A stretch of DNA of 64,000 bases from Octopus bimaculoides (GCF_001194135.2 NC_068984.1:65930211-65994210), one strand, 5' to 3'. Shown: positions 10,532 through 23,386, counted from the stretch's first letter. Translations and numbers: made by a program. Notes: a model not told the origin generated them from the sequence alone.

Positions 10532-12826
10532 GAACAATGATATACTTTCATATAATATTCCAAGCATTTTAACTGAAATCTTAGCTTATAAGTGTGTGAG
10601 TGTGAGCATGTCTGTATGTTTAAGTGTGCATCTATGTGTGCATATATGTGTGCCTCTGTGTAGGTATGCACATGCACACACCACATACTCTCACACAAAC
10701 ATACACAGAAATTATCAGACTGTCCCTTATAGTATTATGAGAAGTTAAATAAAAAAAAAATTTTTTTCTCGCAAGCACATATTCCACTCAGAAGTCAAAA
10801 CATTTGGTATAAAAGATAAAATATATTCCCAGTAGTGAATATAAATTTTAATATTTATGTTAATTACAAGCAATAATTTGGTTCATCATATTATTCTGAA
10901 ACAATAAACAACAATTTGATTTTTTAAAAAATTATTCAAATAACTATTTTCTAAGAAACGATAATGAGCAAATTTTCCTGGTAAATGTAGAGATATTTCA
11001 TTGTACTTTATCTCTATTTTGATGTTCTAAACAAGAAATTCTAGGTTGCTGATACAATTGAGAACATTTTATTCTTATTTTAAATTCTTTCCTAATTACT
11101 AAAACTTCCCATTTTCTCAAGATTTATTAAGTTACTATAACTAAAATACTGATTTATATTACTAACTTTGCAAGGGGATAGATTTTTACCTCTTGTAAAC
11201 TCAACAATTTTAAGCTCCTTATTCAAATGTAAGGTTATCACAAAAATAACCCAAAACTAAAAGATGAACGAGAATACTTATAAAAGCATGTTCAGCTCTA
11301 CTGAGTATCAGTTTCAAATTTGAACGATTAATAAGCTAAAACCAGCATCATTTATCAGCATGTTGTATCACAAATTTTAAAATTGTATTTGGAATTTCAA
11401 AAGCATTCAACTAATGTATTCTGAAAGCAGAATTCTCATAATAAGGAAGATATTTTGCTAGAACTATATTCAAAATGAATTCTTTTGATGAAGCCTTATG
11501 TTTGGAATAGATGGGAAAATAATTTTAAAACAATGATACCAGCATCCAAATTCACCAGTTATTTTTCTTAAATATTTATATTTAGAGAAAAGTTCAAGAC
11601 ATTTCTCGAACATTTTAAAAACTCTAACCTATTACTTCTTTCAAGATCTATTCATGATTACATGAGAGAATGCAAAAGATATAAAGTTGCAATAAAATAA
11701 GTGGTTTATTGTGTGGATCTTGTGTGATTCCGATGTTAATTGCTTTCTTAAGAATTTCAGAAGCACTTCACAGGTTTGTCATTCGACAATAAGAGCTGGA
11801 AGTATTTCCTTACAAAACATATCCTAGTAGAAGTTATTACTTTGATTAAGGAATACTGCTACTAGCATAATTAAAGCCCTTTAATATTAGTTTATTCTAT
11901 GGAGAGCTGTCTTCAGAGGGATTTACTTACAACATAAGGAAGATAAAGGAAATGAAACATTAAGCATGGCTCTTGTATATGAATATTAGCATTTTAAGGC
12001 ATACATGACTCACAATGAGAGCATATAGGTGATAAAATCTTCCAGGAAAAAGGGAAAATGTTATTCTTGAGATAAAATTTCTATTCTTAGGAAAAAGTGC
12101 TATGTCATTTGTGAAAGCCAAAAAAATGTATCTATTGAGAATCTACATATTATACAGAAAGTAATTGTTTTAATACGGTGTAAGCACTGTTCATAAATGT
12201 CAGCCAATACTTTATTGGTTGCCTTTTATTGTCTCCTCCTTTATGATGATGTATCTAAAGGTTTAATGTTGACCAAAATTCCATAAATATGGAGCCATGG
12301 AAAAAATTTTTAAAGTTTCTGTATAGACAAGCTCCCTTTGAGACAAAATTACAAATAGGAAAAGATTCTTCTTAAACACAACAAAAATTTCTTAGTAATT
12401 TATTAGTTTTATATAGAATTTTGGTGTATTTGACAATGTAAATTTTGCACATTAAACATTTCATATCATCTCTCATTACAGTCATTTTACATGTTGTAGA
12501 AATACAATCATCTTATTCTCAGGATATTTCACTTTGTTTATAATTAGTTTTGTTTAAAAATATACTTCACATGTCATGTACTTAAAATATAAGATTTCTT
12601 TTGAATCCTATAAAACAAAATTTATCTTGTTATTTTCCAAAATATTTTCTTAAACTGTATCTATGAAAACGTAATCTTCTAATTCTGATAATTATATCAA
12701 CAGTTCAGAGGGTTGGCATAAAAACTGAATTTATTATATAAAAAAAAAATTACAGCTTAAAGCTTTGTCTCTCAAAAAACAGTTGAAAATTATATACATC
12801 AACACTATTTTCAGTCATACTCATAT

Positions 12827-13025
12827 AAGGCAGCAAGCTTGCATAATCATCAGCATGCCAGACAAAATTATTAGCAGCATCTCTTATGGCTTTTCATTTG
12901 AAGTTCAAATGCTGCCATGGTAAACTTTGTTTCTCATCATTTCAGGGTTGATAAAATAAGTACCAATTGAACAATGGAGTCAATGTAATTGACTTCTCCC
13001 CCTCCAAACTTCAGACCATATGCTT
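12827..13025 (+). mobile_element. Family C (Meta-like) SINE
   Basis: AAGGCAGCAAGCTTGC...GAAGTTCAAATGC...CATCATTTCAGGGTTGATAAAATAAGTACCA. Confidence 0.8.
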
Positions 13026-13808
13026 AAAGTAGTAATGGTTATTAACACTCATAATCACACATATTCTTGTCAATTTACTATCTTATTTGATAATTTTCAT
13101 CTAAAAGTATAATTGTTAATTCATCATTATTATATTGTAACAGAACTTGAATATTCATAAATGAATTCTAAAACTTCAAAAAAAAAAAAAAATTAAAGCC
13201 TAATAAGGTAAAAAGAATAGTTTTTTTTACTGCAATATTATACCTTTAAGAATAAAACATCATTAGTGAAGACCTAATGATACATTACAGGAACTTTTAC
13301 ACAACTGGAAAAGAAATAAAGTGGGTATTTTGTTGATATACAGTACTGAGTTCCTTCCCTCATCAATATCTCAATATCTCAGAATGAAGAATGTATTTCA
13401 TGAGATTAGCTTGAATTAGATATATGGATTTGAAGCCTGCAACCCCACAGCAGTGCACCCATAATCAAATAGTTAATGGGACTTACCGTCTAAGTATAAT
13501 GAAATAATTTGCATGCAAATTGCAAATGCATTTACTTTCTGTATATCACAAATTATATTAATATTCAGGATATAATATCAATTCTCTTGTAATTAAAACT
13601 AGCTATATCAATTTAAAGATTCTATTCTAAGAAGCAAGTAACAATTAGTTGGGGGTCATTTTGGCCCATAATTAAATACACTTGAGCCATGAAAGGAACC
13701 TCTGCACAGTCAATCGCTTTATAAGAAATAACTCACAAATATTTCTGAAATTACACTATATAGTTAATAAAAAAACAAAAAAAAACAAAACAGAAATATA
13801 CATCAGAC

Positions 13809-14095
13809 CAGTGGTCCTCAACCAGAGTCCATATGGCCCCTGAGAGTTCATATAAGATTTTGGTGGGATCCATGCAATAAAATAATAAACCAGAAAAAAA
13901 TTTGTTTTAGATGTGTGTATAGATAACATTTCACATAGTTCAGCCTACACAAGTTAATGTGCACAAAACAAATTGGGAATTTTGAATGCAGTATTCATAA
14001 AACTAGTTTCTTATCTTTAACCATCCATTAGCTATGGGGGTCCATCAGAATAAAATAGCAATCGAAGGGGTCCATTGGTAAAAAATCGTTTGCAT
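13809..14095. mobile_element. hAT (Charlie-like) non-autonomous element remnant
   Basis: Starts CAGTGGTCCTCAACC, a hAT-type TIR, and carries repeated GGGTCCAT-like subterminal motifs. The right TIR is not recognisable. Confidence 0.45.
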
Positions 14096-16082
14096 TAGAT
14101 AATACAATCCTGAATATACAAAAAGATGTGATAGCCACAATTGGAAAGCATATATTCATAGGTCTAGCATTAAATGCCTGCATCAGCTGGTATTATTCCC
14201 TTTTTTGTTCTTTTACTTTGAGTCTCAAAGTATTTCATTCCTATGACTCAGTAACAGACCCATGCTTGAAACTTCAGTGACTCTTTTAACTGACCCCTTC
14301 TCAAAAACTGATACTCAAACAAGAATAATAAAAGAAGTAAATGTCAATAAGTATGCGTTGAAATTTTGGCAAAGATGACGTTTTCATAACAATATTCCTT
14401 TGAAAACGCATTTTCAGATAAAGACTTTTCAAAATATATACCAGTTAGTTAATCTATGTTGAACAAAAGAACTTATCAAAGTAACTTATTTTCATATATA
14501 TTAATATATTTTCATGATCTACAAAGACAAATGACTAACTGTCATTTGCAACTTAATAATTAATGGACATTGGATAGATGCCGAAATGAAATATTTTAAC
14601 CAGGAAAAATAGTTCAATCTAAATCTAAGATCAAGATTGTTGTGAAAGTTTCTTTTTTAAAACATCCAATTTTTATTTCATAGAACATTGGTTCATTAAT
14701 GCATTTCTGTTATTTTGGAACACAATAAATAGCACCATTTCTATGTTCACAATTTATCTGCTTTGGACCATAATTTAGTATATTGGGTTGTGACCAAGAT
14801 ATAGATAAAGCAATGCTGTCAGAAACATACAGAAAAAAGAAAATTATGTAAATGATCGTTTAATCTTTTTTTTTGCCATCATTATGGTTAATTATCTTTC
14901 AATGATTCTATTATTACAGGAGATATTAGACAGCTTCATTGATATGCTTTAAAGAAACAATCAAACTATCAGTAAATTTCAGATACTGAGAAAATTTTGT
15001 TTCATAAAACATTTATTCTCAAACTTAATTACCAGAGAATATAATATTAACTCTTTGAACTCTAGCTTTCCTGTATGTAAAAGCTGAACCATCTTGACCC
15101 AAGCTATGGCATAGGACCTATTATCATTTATATTACTGCCACTTCTGTTTTGTAATCTTACTGCAAGTATCACTTCATTTTGGTGCAGTGTCACAAATAA
15201 TCAGAAAATCATAAAACTTCAAGCTAGACATTACCTTACAACTAGCTTGAAAATTCAACTGTGAAACAATAAAGATTTTTTGCTAAAGTTAATAAATAAT
15301 GAATCACTAATTTTTCCAACAAGGGTTTCTAACATTATAACGTTGCTTCAGCATAAAATATCAAAGAGCTTTATATTCCAAATTAAATGATTGACAGAAA
15401 ATTTTAATTTTGAATTTTGATTTTGCTTTTAACCTCTGAGTTTTCAAACATTTTTTAGCAGCTTCAAAATTTTTAATTTATGTTTCATATTTCCCTCATG
15501 GAATCAATAAAGTTTTATCTCATTAGAAGTATATTATTCTAATACATTAAATATACATACAAATTTTAATTAATTTTTTTATTGATAACCTTCATAAATT
15601 TATGACAAATACTTTTTATCCTATTCTTGATTGACAAGTTAATTTTATGTAATCATTCTAAAGGTTACATTAAACATGCTTTTAATGATAATAGTTAATA
15701 TACATGACAACCAGCATTACCTAATTGCCCTGTCACATTTAAAGCAAGATTTCATTTATAGTTAAATGGTATTGATCAAAATTCTAAATTTAAATAAAAA
15801 AATTATGAATAGAAGATGGTGATCATTATTAATATTTATGTTGTCACTATTCTCTCTTTTGTGACAGCCAATAATGTCAGTGTGGGAGGTTGTGAACCAG
15901 GCAAGATGTTTTAAGTTTTATTTTAGATAATATATCGAGCTTCAATCCATTACAGAATCAATGTCACATTTTGTTTCCAGAGATAGATAAGATAAACATC
16001 TCAGATATACAAGTACTAAATCATTAACATAATTTACATTATTTACATTTGACAGATATTTGTTCTCATATTGTTTGTTGCT

Positions 16083-16128
16083 AACACAACATTTCGGCTG
16101 ATATACCCTCCAGCCTTCACCAGTTGTC
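16083..16128 (-). ncRNA. Minimal type-I hammerhead ribozyme motif, decayed
   Basis: Minus strand: GACAA CTGGTGA A GGCTG gagggtatat CAGCC GAA ATGT T GTGTT. Stem II is perfect, but the core has A6>G. Confidence 0.55.
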
Positions 16129-16175
16129 TTGGGGAAATTTTGAACCTGGGTTCTCATTCTTAAGGTATTTTTCGA

Positions 16176-16176
<1 letters not shown>

Positions 16177-16226
<50 letters not shown>

Positions 16227-16250
16227 CATTATTATTATTATTATTATCAT
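16177..16250. repeat. (TTA)n microsatellite inside the element
   Basis: About 24 TTA units with two TCA interruptions. Confidence 0.95.
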
Positions 16251-16256
16251 TCAGGT

Positions 16257-16325
16257 CACTGTTTGTAATTGAACTTGGAATCTTGAGGTTAGTAGCCTGT
16301 GCTCTTAACCATATGCCATATGCCC
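16257..16325 (-). other. tRNA-like (Pol III) SINE head, not a functional tRNA
   Basis: Minus strand GGGCATATGGCATATGGTTAAGAGCACAGGCTACTAACCTCAAGATTCCAAGTTCAATTACAAACAGTG contains A-box TGGCATATGG, an anticodon-like arm GGCT-ACT-AACC and a degenerate B box AGTTCAATT. Confidence 0.6.
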
Positions 16326-16345
16326 CAGGTTCGAAATTTCCCCAA

Positions 16346-16391
16346 GACACCTGATGAAGGCTGGAGGGTATATCAGCTGAAACATTGTGTA
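16346..16391 (+). ncRNA. Minimal type-I hammerhead ribozyme motif, decayed
   Basis: GACAC CTGATGA A GGCTG gagggtatat CAGCT GAA ACAT T GTGTA. The CUGAUGA and GAAA cores are intact, stem II is GGCUG/CAGCU, and stem I is ACAC/GUGU. Confidence 0.65.
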
Positions 16392-17052
16392 AACAACAAA
16401 CAAGATGAGGACAAATATCCATCAAATGTAAAAAATGTACATAATTCCTCATCTCTTAAATATAGAACTGTATCATCAACATAATATTATAATTTATAAC
16501 TATTGTTCATAACAAGTATTTTTACAGTCACACTGTTTTCCATGCAGAACCTTTGTATAAATCTGAAGTCACGTGCTTACATCACAACTTCTTCTGCACT
16601 TCTATGCATGACATTCACTCCTGTGTATTAATGATGGAATAAGTTTTTTATGGATTCCACATTACAGCTTAACCTTCTTGATTTTCTTAAGAGTTAGACA
16701 AAAACTTTCAAAGAGTTTTTATTTTTATAATAATTAAGCTTTATTTTCTCTGATCACTTTTGCAGTTTCTTGCTTAGATTTTAGCAGAGGTTTCTCCAAC
16801 ACAAAATTTAACCTGAGACCAAGCATTTTGTTTTCTGTTCTTTCTAAAAGAACAGTGTTTCCCTCTATTAGCACTATTCAATGCAATATTTACCTATTCA
16901 TGCTTTTCCTTATTATCTATACATATTTTTCATCATTAAGCGTTCCATTTTTTGTTTCATTAAATGTACCTTTCATTGTCATCCCAACTCTGCTATCATT
17001 GTGTCTTGTTGTGTATAACATATCACTTGTGTTTCAAGAAGTTTCCTCTAAA

Positions 17053-17272
17053 CCCTTTTGATGCCAATCCACCTGAGACTGACCCTGATTCTGTGATACA
17101 AACTTCCTGTTTTAAAGTGATCTAAATTAAAAACTTTTATCAAAATTCCACATTAACTTATGCTCCAAACAGTAACTTGATAAAAACAAAGCTATTTTAC
17201 TAAAATCCTTTATTTTCTAAATTACCTGAAACAGAGGCAGTGCATTTTATCAGAAATATGGTACCAGAAGGG
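17053..17272. mobile_element. piggyBac-like MITE, ~220 bp
   Basis: TIR CCCTTTTGATGCCA matches the reverse complement of the right end, CCCTTCTGGTACCA. The flanks are TAAA (17049-17052) and TTAA (17273-17276). Confidence 0.7.
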
Positions 17273-17657
17273 TTAATGATTCTATAAAATGCTTCTACAG
17301 CTGTTTCAGTGAATGACACTCACCACACCATCAACTACATTAATTTTTGTATAGTTAGTTATTTTCACTAAAGCTTTTCAACCAATTACATCTTCACCAG
17401 AACCATTTGATTCCCATTTAAACTGAAATACATTGTCTTTATACAACTTGCTCATTTGCTTTTTATACATCTAAAGATCTCATTTGCTATCAACAATCAA
17501 GTTATCTTAAAAACCTTCATTACACTCCCTAAGGATTGATTTTATATATTACAACACTTTTGTGGAGCACATTCTTGTCTGCCTATATTCATTATCTTGA
17601 CAACTGACTGGAAAATATAAATCTGTTATGGTCCTTACCTTATGTATCAAATGTTTC

Positions 17658-18002
17658 TGATTGGCACCCATGCTGGTGGCATGTAATAAGCACTATTCCA
17701 GCATGGGTCAATGCCAGTGCTGCCTGATTGGCTCCCCAAGCTGGTTGCACATAAAAAGCACTATCCAAACATGGTCGATGCCAGTGCCACCTGACTGACT
17801 CGCTTGCCGGTGGCACGTAAAAAGCACACACTACATTCTTGGAGTGGTTAGCAATAGGAAGGGCATCCAACTGTAGAAACCTTACCAGATCAGATTGGAG
17901 CCTGGTGCAGCCTACTGGCTTGCCAGTCCTCACTCAAACTGTCCAATCTATGCCAGCATGGAAAACAGACATTAAACGATGATGATAATGATGATGATGA
18001 TG
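17658..18002 (+). mobile_element. 5'-truncated RTE 3' UTR copy with (GAT)n tail
   Basis: About three tandem GGCAYRTAAAAAGCAC units, then AGGAAGGGCATCCAACTGTAGAAAC and GACATTAAAC(GAT)n, homologous to 226-609. Confidence 0.9.
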
Positions 18003-18973
18003 AAAATTGAAAGTATTAGCTTGTTTTCAATGTATAGAGTTTCACCCATGCTTCAATTTCATAAAGAGTTCACTTTGAAATAAAATACTTTCTCTCCCTC
18101 ATTTCTGATTTCAAAAAATCTTTCAATAAATTTGTCTTCACTTCTGTCTGCCAGCTTACCCAACAGGATTTACTTGCTCAATGATTTATCAAAGAACTCA
18201 AAAGCACCATTCCCCAACCTCATTTTCTGCATAATTCACATCTATTATTAATTTGTACCAATGATTTTTTTTCTTTTCATATCATCTACATCTATCTTGA
18301 CTAATTTTGATTTTGAAGTAACCCTTAACAAAATTGTTTTTTATGAATGCTATTTTGTAACTGAAGCTATTATAGATAGCGAGATGGAGATTGTTATTAT
18401 AGATGGAGATAGAGAGTATTTTTTACTTGTCTCATAATGAAGTATCTTACTACAATATTTTGCAAAAATTACCTGCTTTCATAATTTCTATGTATTCTCT
18501 TTCCATGAATTTTTGGGAGAAGGCATTATCTTTCCTTCTATTCTACAGTATAATCAGAAGATTCTTGATTACATAAGGTATCATGACAGAAATTCTGTCT
18601 CAAAAGAGTTAATTACTGGCATGATCCTACATACCTTAATTTTAAAAAAAATATTCTTGGATATTTTCATTGATCATTCCTAAAGTCTTTAAAATATTTC
18701 TATATAATATTTTTTTCAGACTAATTGATTACTTCTTATATATTGACTTGTCAAAAGTTCACTTGCTTTTAATATGAAGTGAGTTATTGTCGAGTGAAAT
18801 ATTCATTTTCTTTAACTTTGTAAATATTTTCACGAAATAAAGTTTCATCTATTTTATAATGAATAGCAATAATGAGAAAGGCTTGTTCTTTAGCTTTTCT
18901 CCTCATTCTCCTGATTTATCAATTCTGTATCAAAACTGAGACTTTTACTGCTGTTCTCTGGGTTTGCTGTAAA

Positions 18974-19184
18974 CTTCAAATTTTGGCACAAAGCCAGCAA
19001 CTTTGGGAGAGGGAGTAAGTGTATTACATCAACTCCAGTGCTCAATTAGTACTTATTTTTTCAACCTTGAAAGGATGAAAGGCAAAGCTGACCTCAACGG
19101 ATTCTGAACTCAGAATGCAACAACAGAAAAATGCTGCAAAGCATTTTGCCTGGCATGCTAACAATTCTACCAGCTCACTGCCTT
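18974..19184 (-). mobile_element. Family C (Meta-like) SINE
   Basis: Plus strand GTACTTATTTTTTCAACCTTGAAAGGATGAAAGGCAAAGCTGACC...TGAACTCAGAA...CCAGCTCACTGCCTT. Confidence 0.85.
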
Positions 19185-22100
19185 AACCATAAAAATAGTA
19201 TTGATGCATATAAGCATAATATACATCACTTTATTTTTGTATAGATTTATCTAGCTACCAAACCAATAAATATGTGCCCAGGGTATGTATTTAGATGTAA
19301 ATATACTCTATGTCTATTGTTTTGTATAAATGGATTTTATTTAAATGTTTAAGATAATACTTATCAAGTGTAGATATCATTGACCACTTTTAGTTCTTCT
19401 AATTTCATTGAATAGTTGACAGCTATGTTGGGAGATGTATGGCATTATTTTTACCTCAATAAATTCCACATAAAACCAGATTTTGAATACTTAAATAATG
19501 ATTGAAAGATATTTGAAAATGTACCAAATGACTTATAGTTTCTGCTAACAAATTTCATTGATGCAAAAAGAAAAAAAATTGTCTCACATTCAACAGGCAT
19601 GGATTACATATGCAGCTTTCATTTAAGATATTCATTTCTTCAAAGACTAATATTCCTTTTCAATAGGTATCAGTTTTGGTATATTCTGTGATATTAGAAA
19701 CTTGCCAAAACAAACTCAAATAATTCTAAAATCAGCTACAAACCCTAGAAATCATGTTAATAATTACGAAAACTATGACAATGTTTTTATATTTAATATT
19801 CTAAATAAACAACCCTTGAATTCTTTTTTAATCCCCTCACATTATTTTCTAATTTTTAACACACTGTATCTGCAGCACATGCTGAAATTTATTAACACTT
19901 GTTTTCAGGATTTGATAGCATTGTAGTCCTAACCATTATAGTTTCTTCAATGTTTATTTTACCTTTTCTCATTTTACATTTTCTTTGAAATATTTTCATT
20001 ATAATATCTTTGTTGAAATACACAGCCTGTCACTATTTTTATAAGAGATGAAGAATTATGTACATTATTTACATAATGTAAATAATGTGCACAGTCTTTT
20101 GTTTTAATTCATTTTGAAAATAATAAAGAATTCTGTAAAATGACTTTCTCATTATTAAGCTAGTGTTTACTATATAAGTTAGCATGAAATTTTGAGGGAA
20201 GTTTTTATCTAGATTACTTTAAAATAAGAAATATGTATCATAGATCAAGCAGACTTAATGCATATCTTTCTACAGTCCTAGCAAATACGAAATAAAATTT
20301 GCATGGCTCTCTTCCAAACAATCAAATAATATATCTATGTACTAATAACACAGATCACATACTAAAATTTTTACTGATTGCACTAAATAACTTTCATGAA
20401 TATGTTTTTGATGGACAATAGAATTAATGTTGCTTATAAAATTTTCTTCAAAAATTAATGAAACAAATCACAGAACTCTATACATGTTTTAACAAGGCAC
20501 TTTTGGTTTAATAGTATTGTATAAAGTTTAGTTTAAATCAAGAATTTAGTTTGCACTTTAAGTGTCTTCGTTTGGAGAGCAAATTTTATCTAACTGTTAA
20601 CTAACATTGAGAGTTTAGATATATCTTTATAAAAACAACATTCTTTTATTATAAAATATACTTAAAATAATAATACTAGAATGAAACTTTTAGTAATCAT
20701 TATCTTAAATAATTCTTGATTAGTCGAAGATGAACTTTTGCTTTTGTAATGAACTACATTTTCTAATACTTTTGGTAAGATTGGAAATTGCATTTGTTTA
20801 ATTCAGACATTTTAATGAATAAATCAAATTTTTCCTTTGTTATTAATAAAAACTGTTCTTTGCATAAAATGAAATAGATTTAATATATCATTTGAAAATT
20901 TGTTAAAGAAAATGTTTAAAGTAAATTGTAAAACAAAAAACAAAACGGAAAAATAATGTGCATTTGCTTGGATTCAATATTGTTGTTTGGCGAAATGTGT
21001 TTAAAAGTTATTTAAAATAAAAATTATTCATTTGAAGTGGAAATTCAAAACAATGAAACTAAGAAGTGAAATGAAATATCTTACTACATCAGAAATGTCA
21101 ATGATGCCTAAAGTAAATTTTTAAAATGCCCAGCAGCATTTCGTGCTTCAGTTATTTTCCCCAAACTAAGAAAAATATCTATATATGCAAACACACAAAA
21201 ATTGTAAGAATTATTAAGAAATAAAACAGAATCAATAATTTAATTAAAGTTAAGTCCAATTTAATAACCATTTCTATTGTTCAGTAAAATTTACTTTTAA
21301 GGCATAATAGCTAAATTTGACAGGAAAGTATTGCATAAGTTATCCAATTAATTATCAAACCAAAGAATGAAAATAATGAAAGCCAACACAAATCCTAATA
21401 TAATATCTCTATGTATGATGCAATTTCATTTTGCCCTGCTTGTTTATATGGACATTTATTGAAAAGTTCTGCAAATTTGAATATTAGCAAAATTTCTCTA
21501 AGTAGAAGGAAAGCAATTTGAAACATGTCTTAAAAGAAAGAACATTGCTTGTAGCTAAAAATTCTTGCTTGTCTCCTTTGGATATCAGATATTATTTAAT
21601 AACTGAGAAAAAAAATATTAATACATTCGATAAATTCTCAGCAAAAATAACATGCACCATAATTTGATTCCCTAATGTTTTTAAAAACTCATAAAAACAT
21701 TTAAACTTGAACACAATCTATCAAATATTATTTCTTGCATATTTACATCCAGACTGTAACATCCATAAACAAATAAATCTAGCACTGACAAACATATAAA
21801 GGGTTTCATCTATGTACTAAATGAATGCAAAGAACTGAAGGTTTTTAAAGACTGTAAATATCTAGCACTTAGAATCAAAACTTCATTAATTAATAAATGC
21901 CATGTTGAAAAATTGTGGATTGTAAATAGATCACTTAAAATTAAATGTAGATCATCTAGTGGAAGCATAATGGATAGTTTATAACAGTTGCAGCTCTTTC
22001 AGACGATTTTAGCCTGTAATGAAACCAGTTAAACAGCATTACATGCTCACTAGCAAAACAAGATTATAGCGAAGAGATTAGTTCCCATCTGTGGCACAAC

Positions 22101-22777
22101 AGGGACTGTCTAAACCAGTGGCATGGTTGCTTCCTCACATGGATTAGTAGTACAGTAATATTATTGTGTTCACCAACCAATAAGCATTTAAGGACTTCAA
22201 CTTTGATTTACTGAATGAATGGATACAACCGGCAAAGAATCAGAGAAAATAAGAACAGAATTTCAAGGTAAACATTTTTAACCAGAAAAATTTATATTTT
22301 AATATTATTAGAACTAGTTGATCACGTGCCATCAGTAATGATGGCTAATTGTAGTATGTTATATATAAATAAGGTACATAATAATCACACATACAAACAT
22401 TCACATACTTCCCTTGTACATGCACACACATACACACATGTATTCACACAGAGTTGAAATGCTGATATTTTTTCACCCCTTCCTTTCTCTCACTGCTATT
22501 ACCTTCTCTCACTCCCTCTCAATCAGGGCTATTACTCTCACTACTTCTCCTTTACTGAATTACTATTTTGTCTTCTCCACATTGTGTGATTCTGGACAAA
22601 TATATAAGAACACTATGCGCATTATTATATTAGATTATAAGTAAAATACTAACCTTAATTCTACTTTCATTGCATGTACACACACATCAATACTCAGCAT
22701 AAAGTCACACACTCACTGCCCTAATACTCCCACCCTTCTTAGTAATAGTAACTTTCCCCTTTTCTTTTTTTTCTCTC

Positions 22778-22951
22778 ATGCCACTGGTGCTGGCATGAAG
22801 AAACGTATCCTACACACTGTGAGGTGGCTCATGTTACGAACAACATCTAGCCATAGATCTTAGCACAGCCCTACAGTTTGTCAAATCCTGCCAAATTATC
22901 CAACACATACCAATATGGAAAACAGATATTAACTTATATGATGATGATGAT
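22778..22951 (+). mobile_element. Old RTE-type 3' tail copy
   Basis: Degenerate ...CCAACACATACCAATATGGAAAACAGATATTAA...(GAT)n. Confidence 0.55.
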
Positions 22952-23303
22952 ATACAAATTTATGACCAATTCAAATGTGTTTCTGGGACATTTGAACTTG
23001 TAAAGCTTTCCACTAGTTTGTCATGAAGATAAACATTCTTGATTAAGGCAGATGTTTTATAAAAATAAAAAAAAATAAAAAAAGGCTTCTGAAAACAACT
23101 TTTATCCAACCCTGAAATTTCTACATTTTCTACATATATTTTATATTATGCAGATTTTCTGGGAAGGTTAATTCCATTATATATATTTCATGCAGACTTC
23201 AGTTGCCTTGAGCATCTTATGTCTATGAGAAATATTTTTGCTAGTTGCTAACCCCTGGGAATGAATTGTATTCCACTTGTATGCATCTTAAGTACTATAT
23301 ATC

Positions 23304-23304
<1 letters not shown>

Positions 23305-23386
<82 letters not shown>
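23305..23386. repeat. Compound (AG)n(GT)n microsatellite
   Basis: Seen directly in the sequence. Confidence 0.95.

Larger units (their letters stand above)
16033..16470 (-). mobile_element. Chimeric tRNA-head / (AAT)n / Penelope-like pseudo-LTR element with an inverted terminal copy
   Basis: Arms 16033-16150 and 16324-16441 form a ~118-bp inverted repeat, roughly 88% identical by my manual alignment. Each arm carries a hammerhead-like core. The arms enclose a minus-strand tRNA-like head (16257-16325) and a (TTA)n tract. Confidence 0.7.

Noticed and set aside
16257-16325. Possible tRNA gene with ACT anticodon
   Set aside because: The T-arm/B box and acceptor stem are degenerate and it runs into (AAT)n, so it is a SINE-type head rather than a tRNA gene.
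15942-16484. Poly-I/poly-N/poly-L ORFs
   Set aside because: Products of the (TTA)n tract inside the inverted-repeat element.
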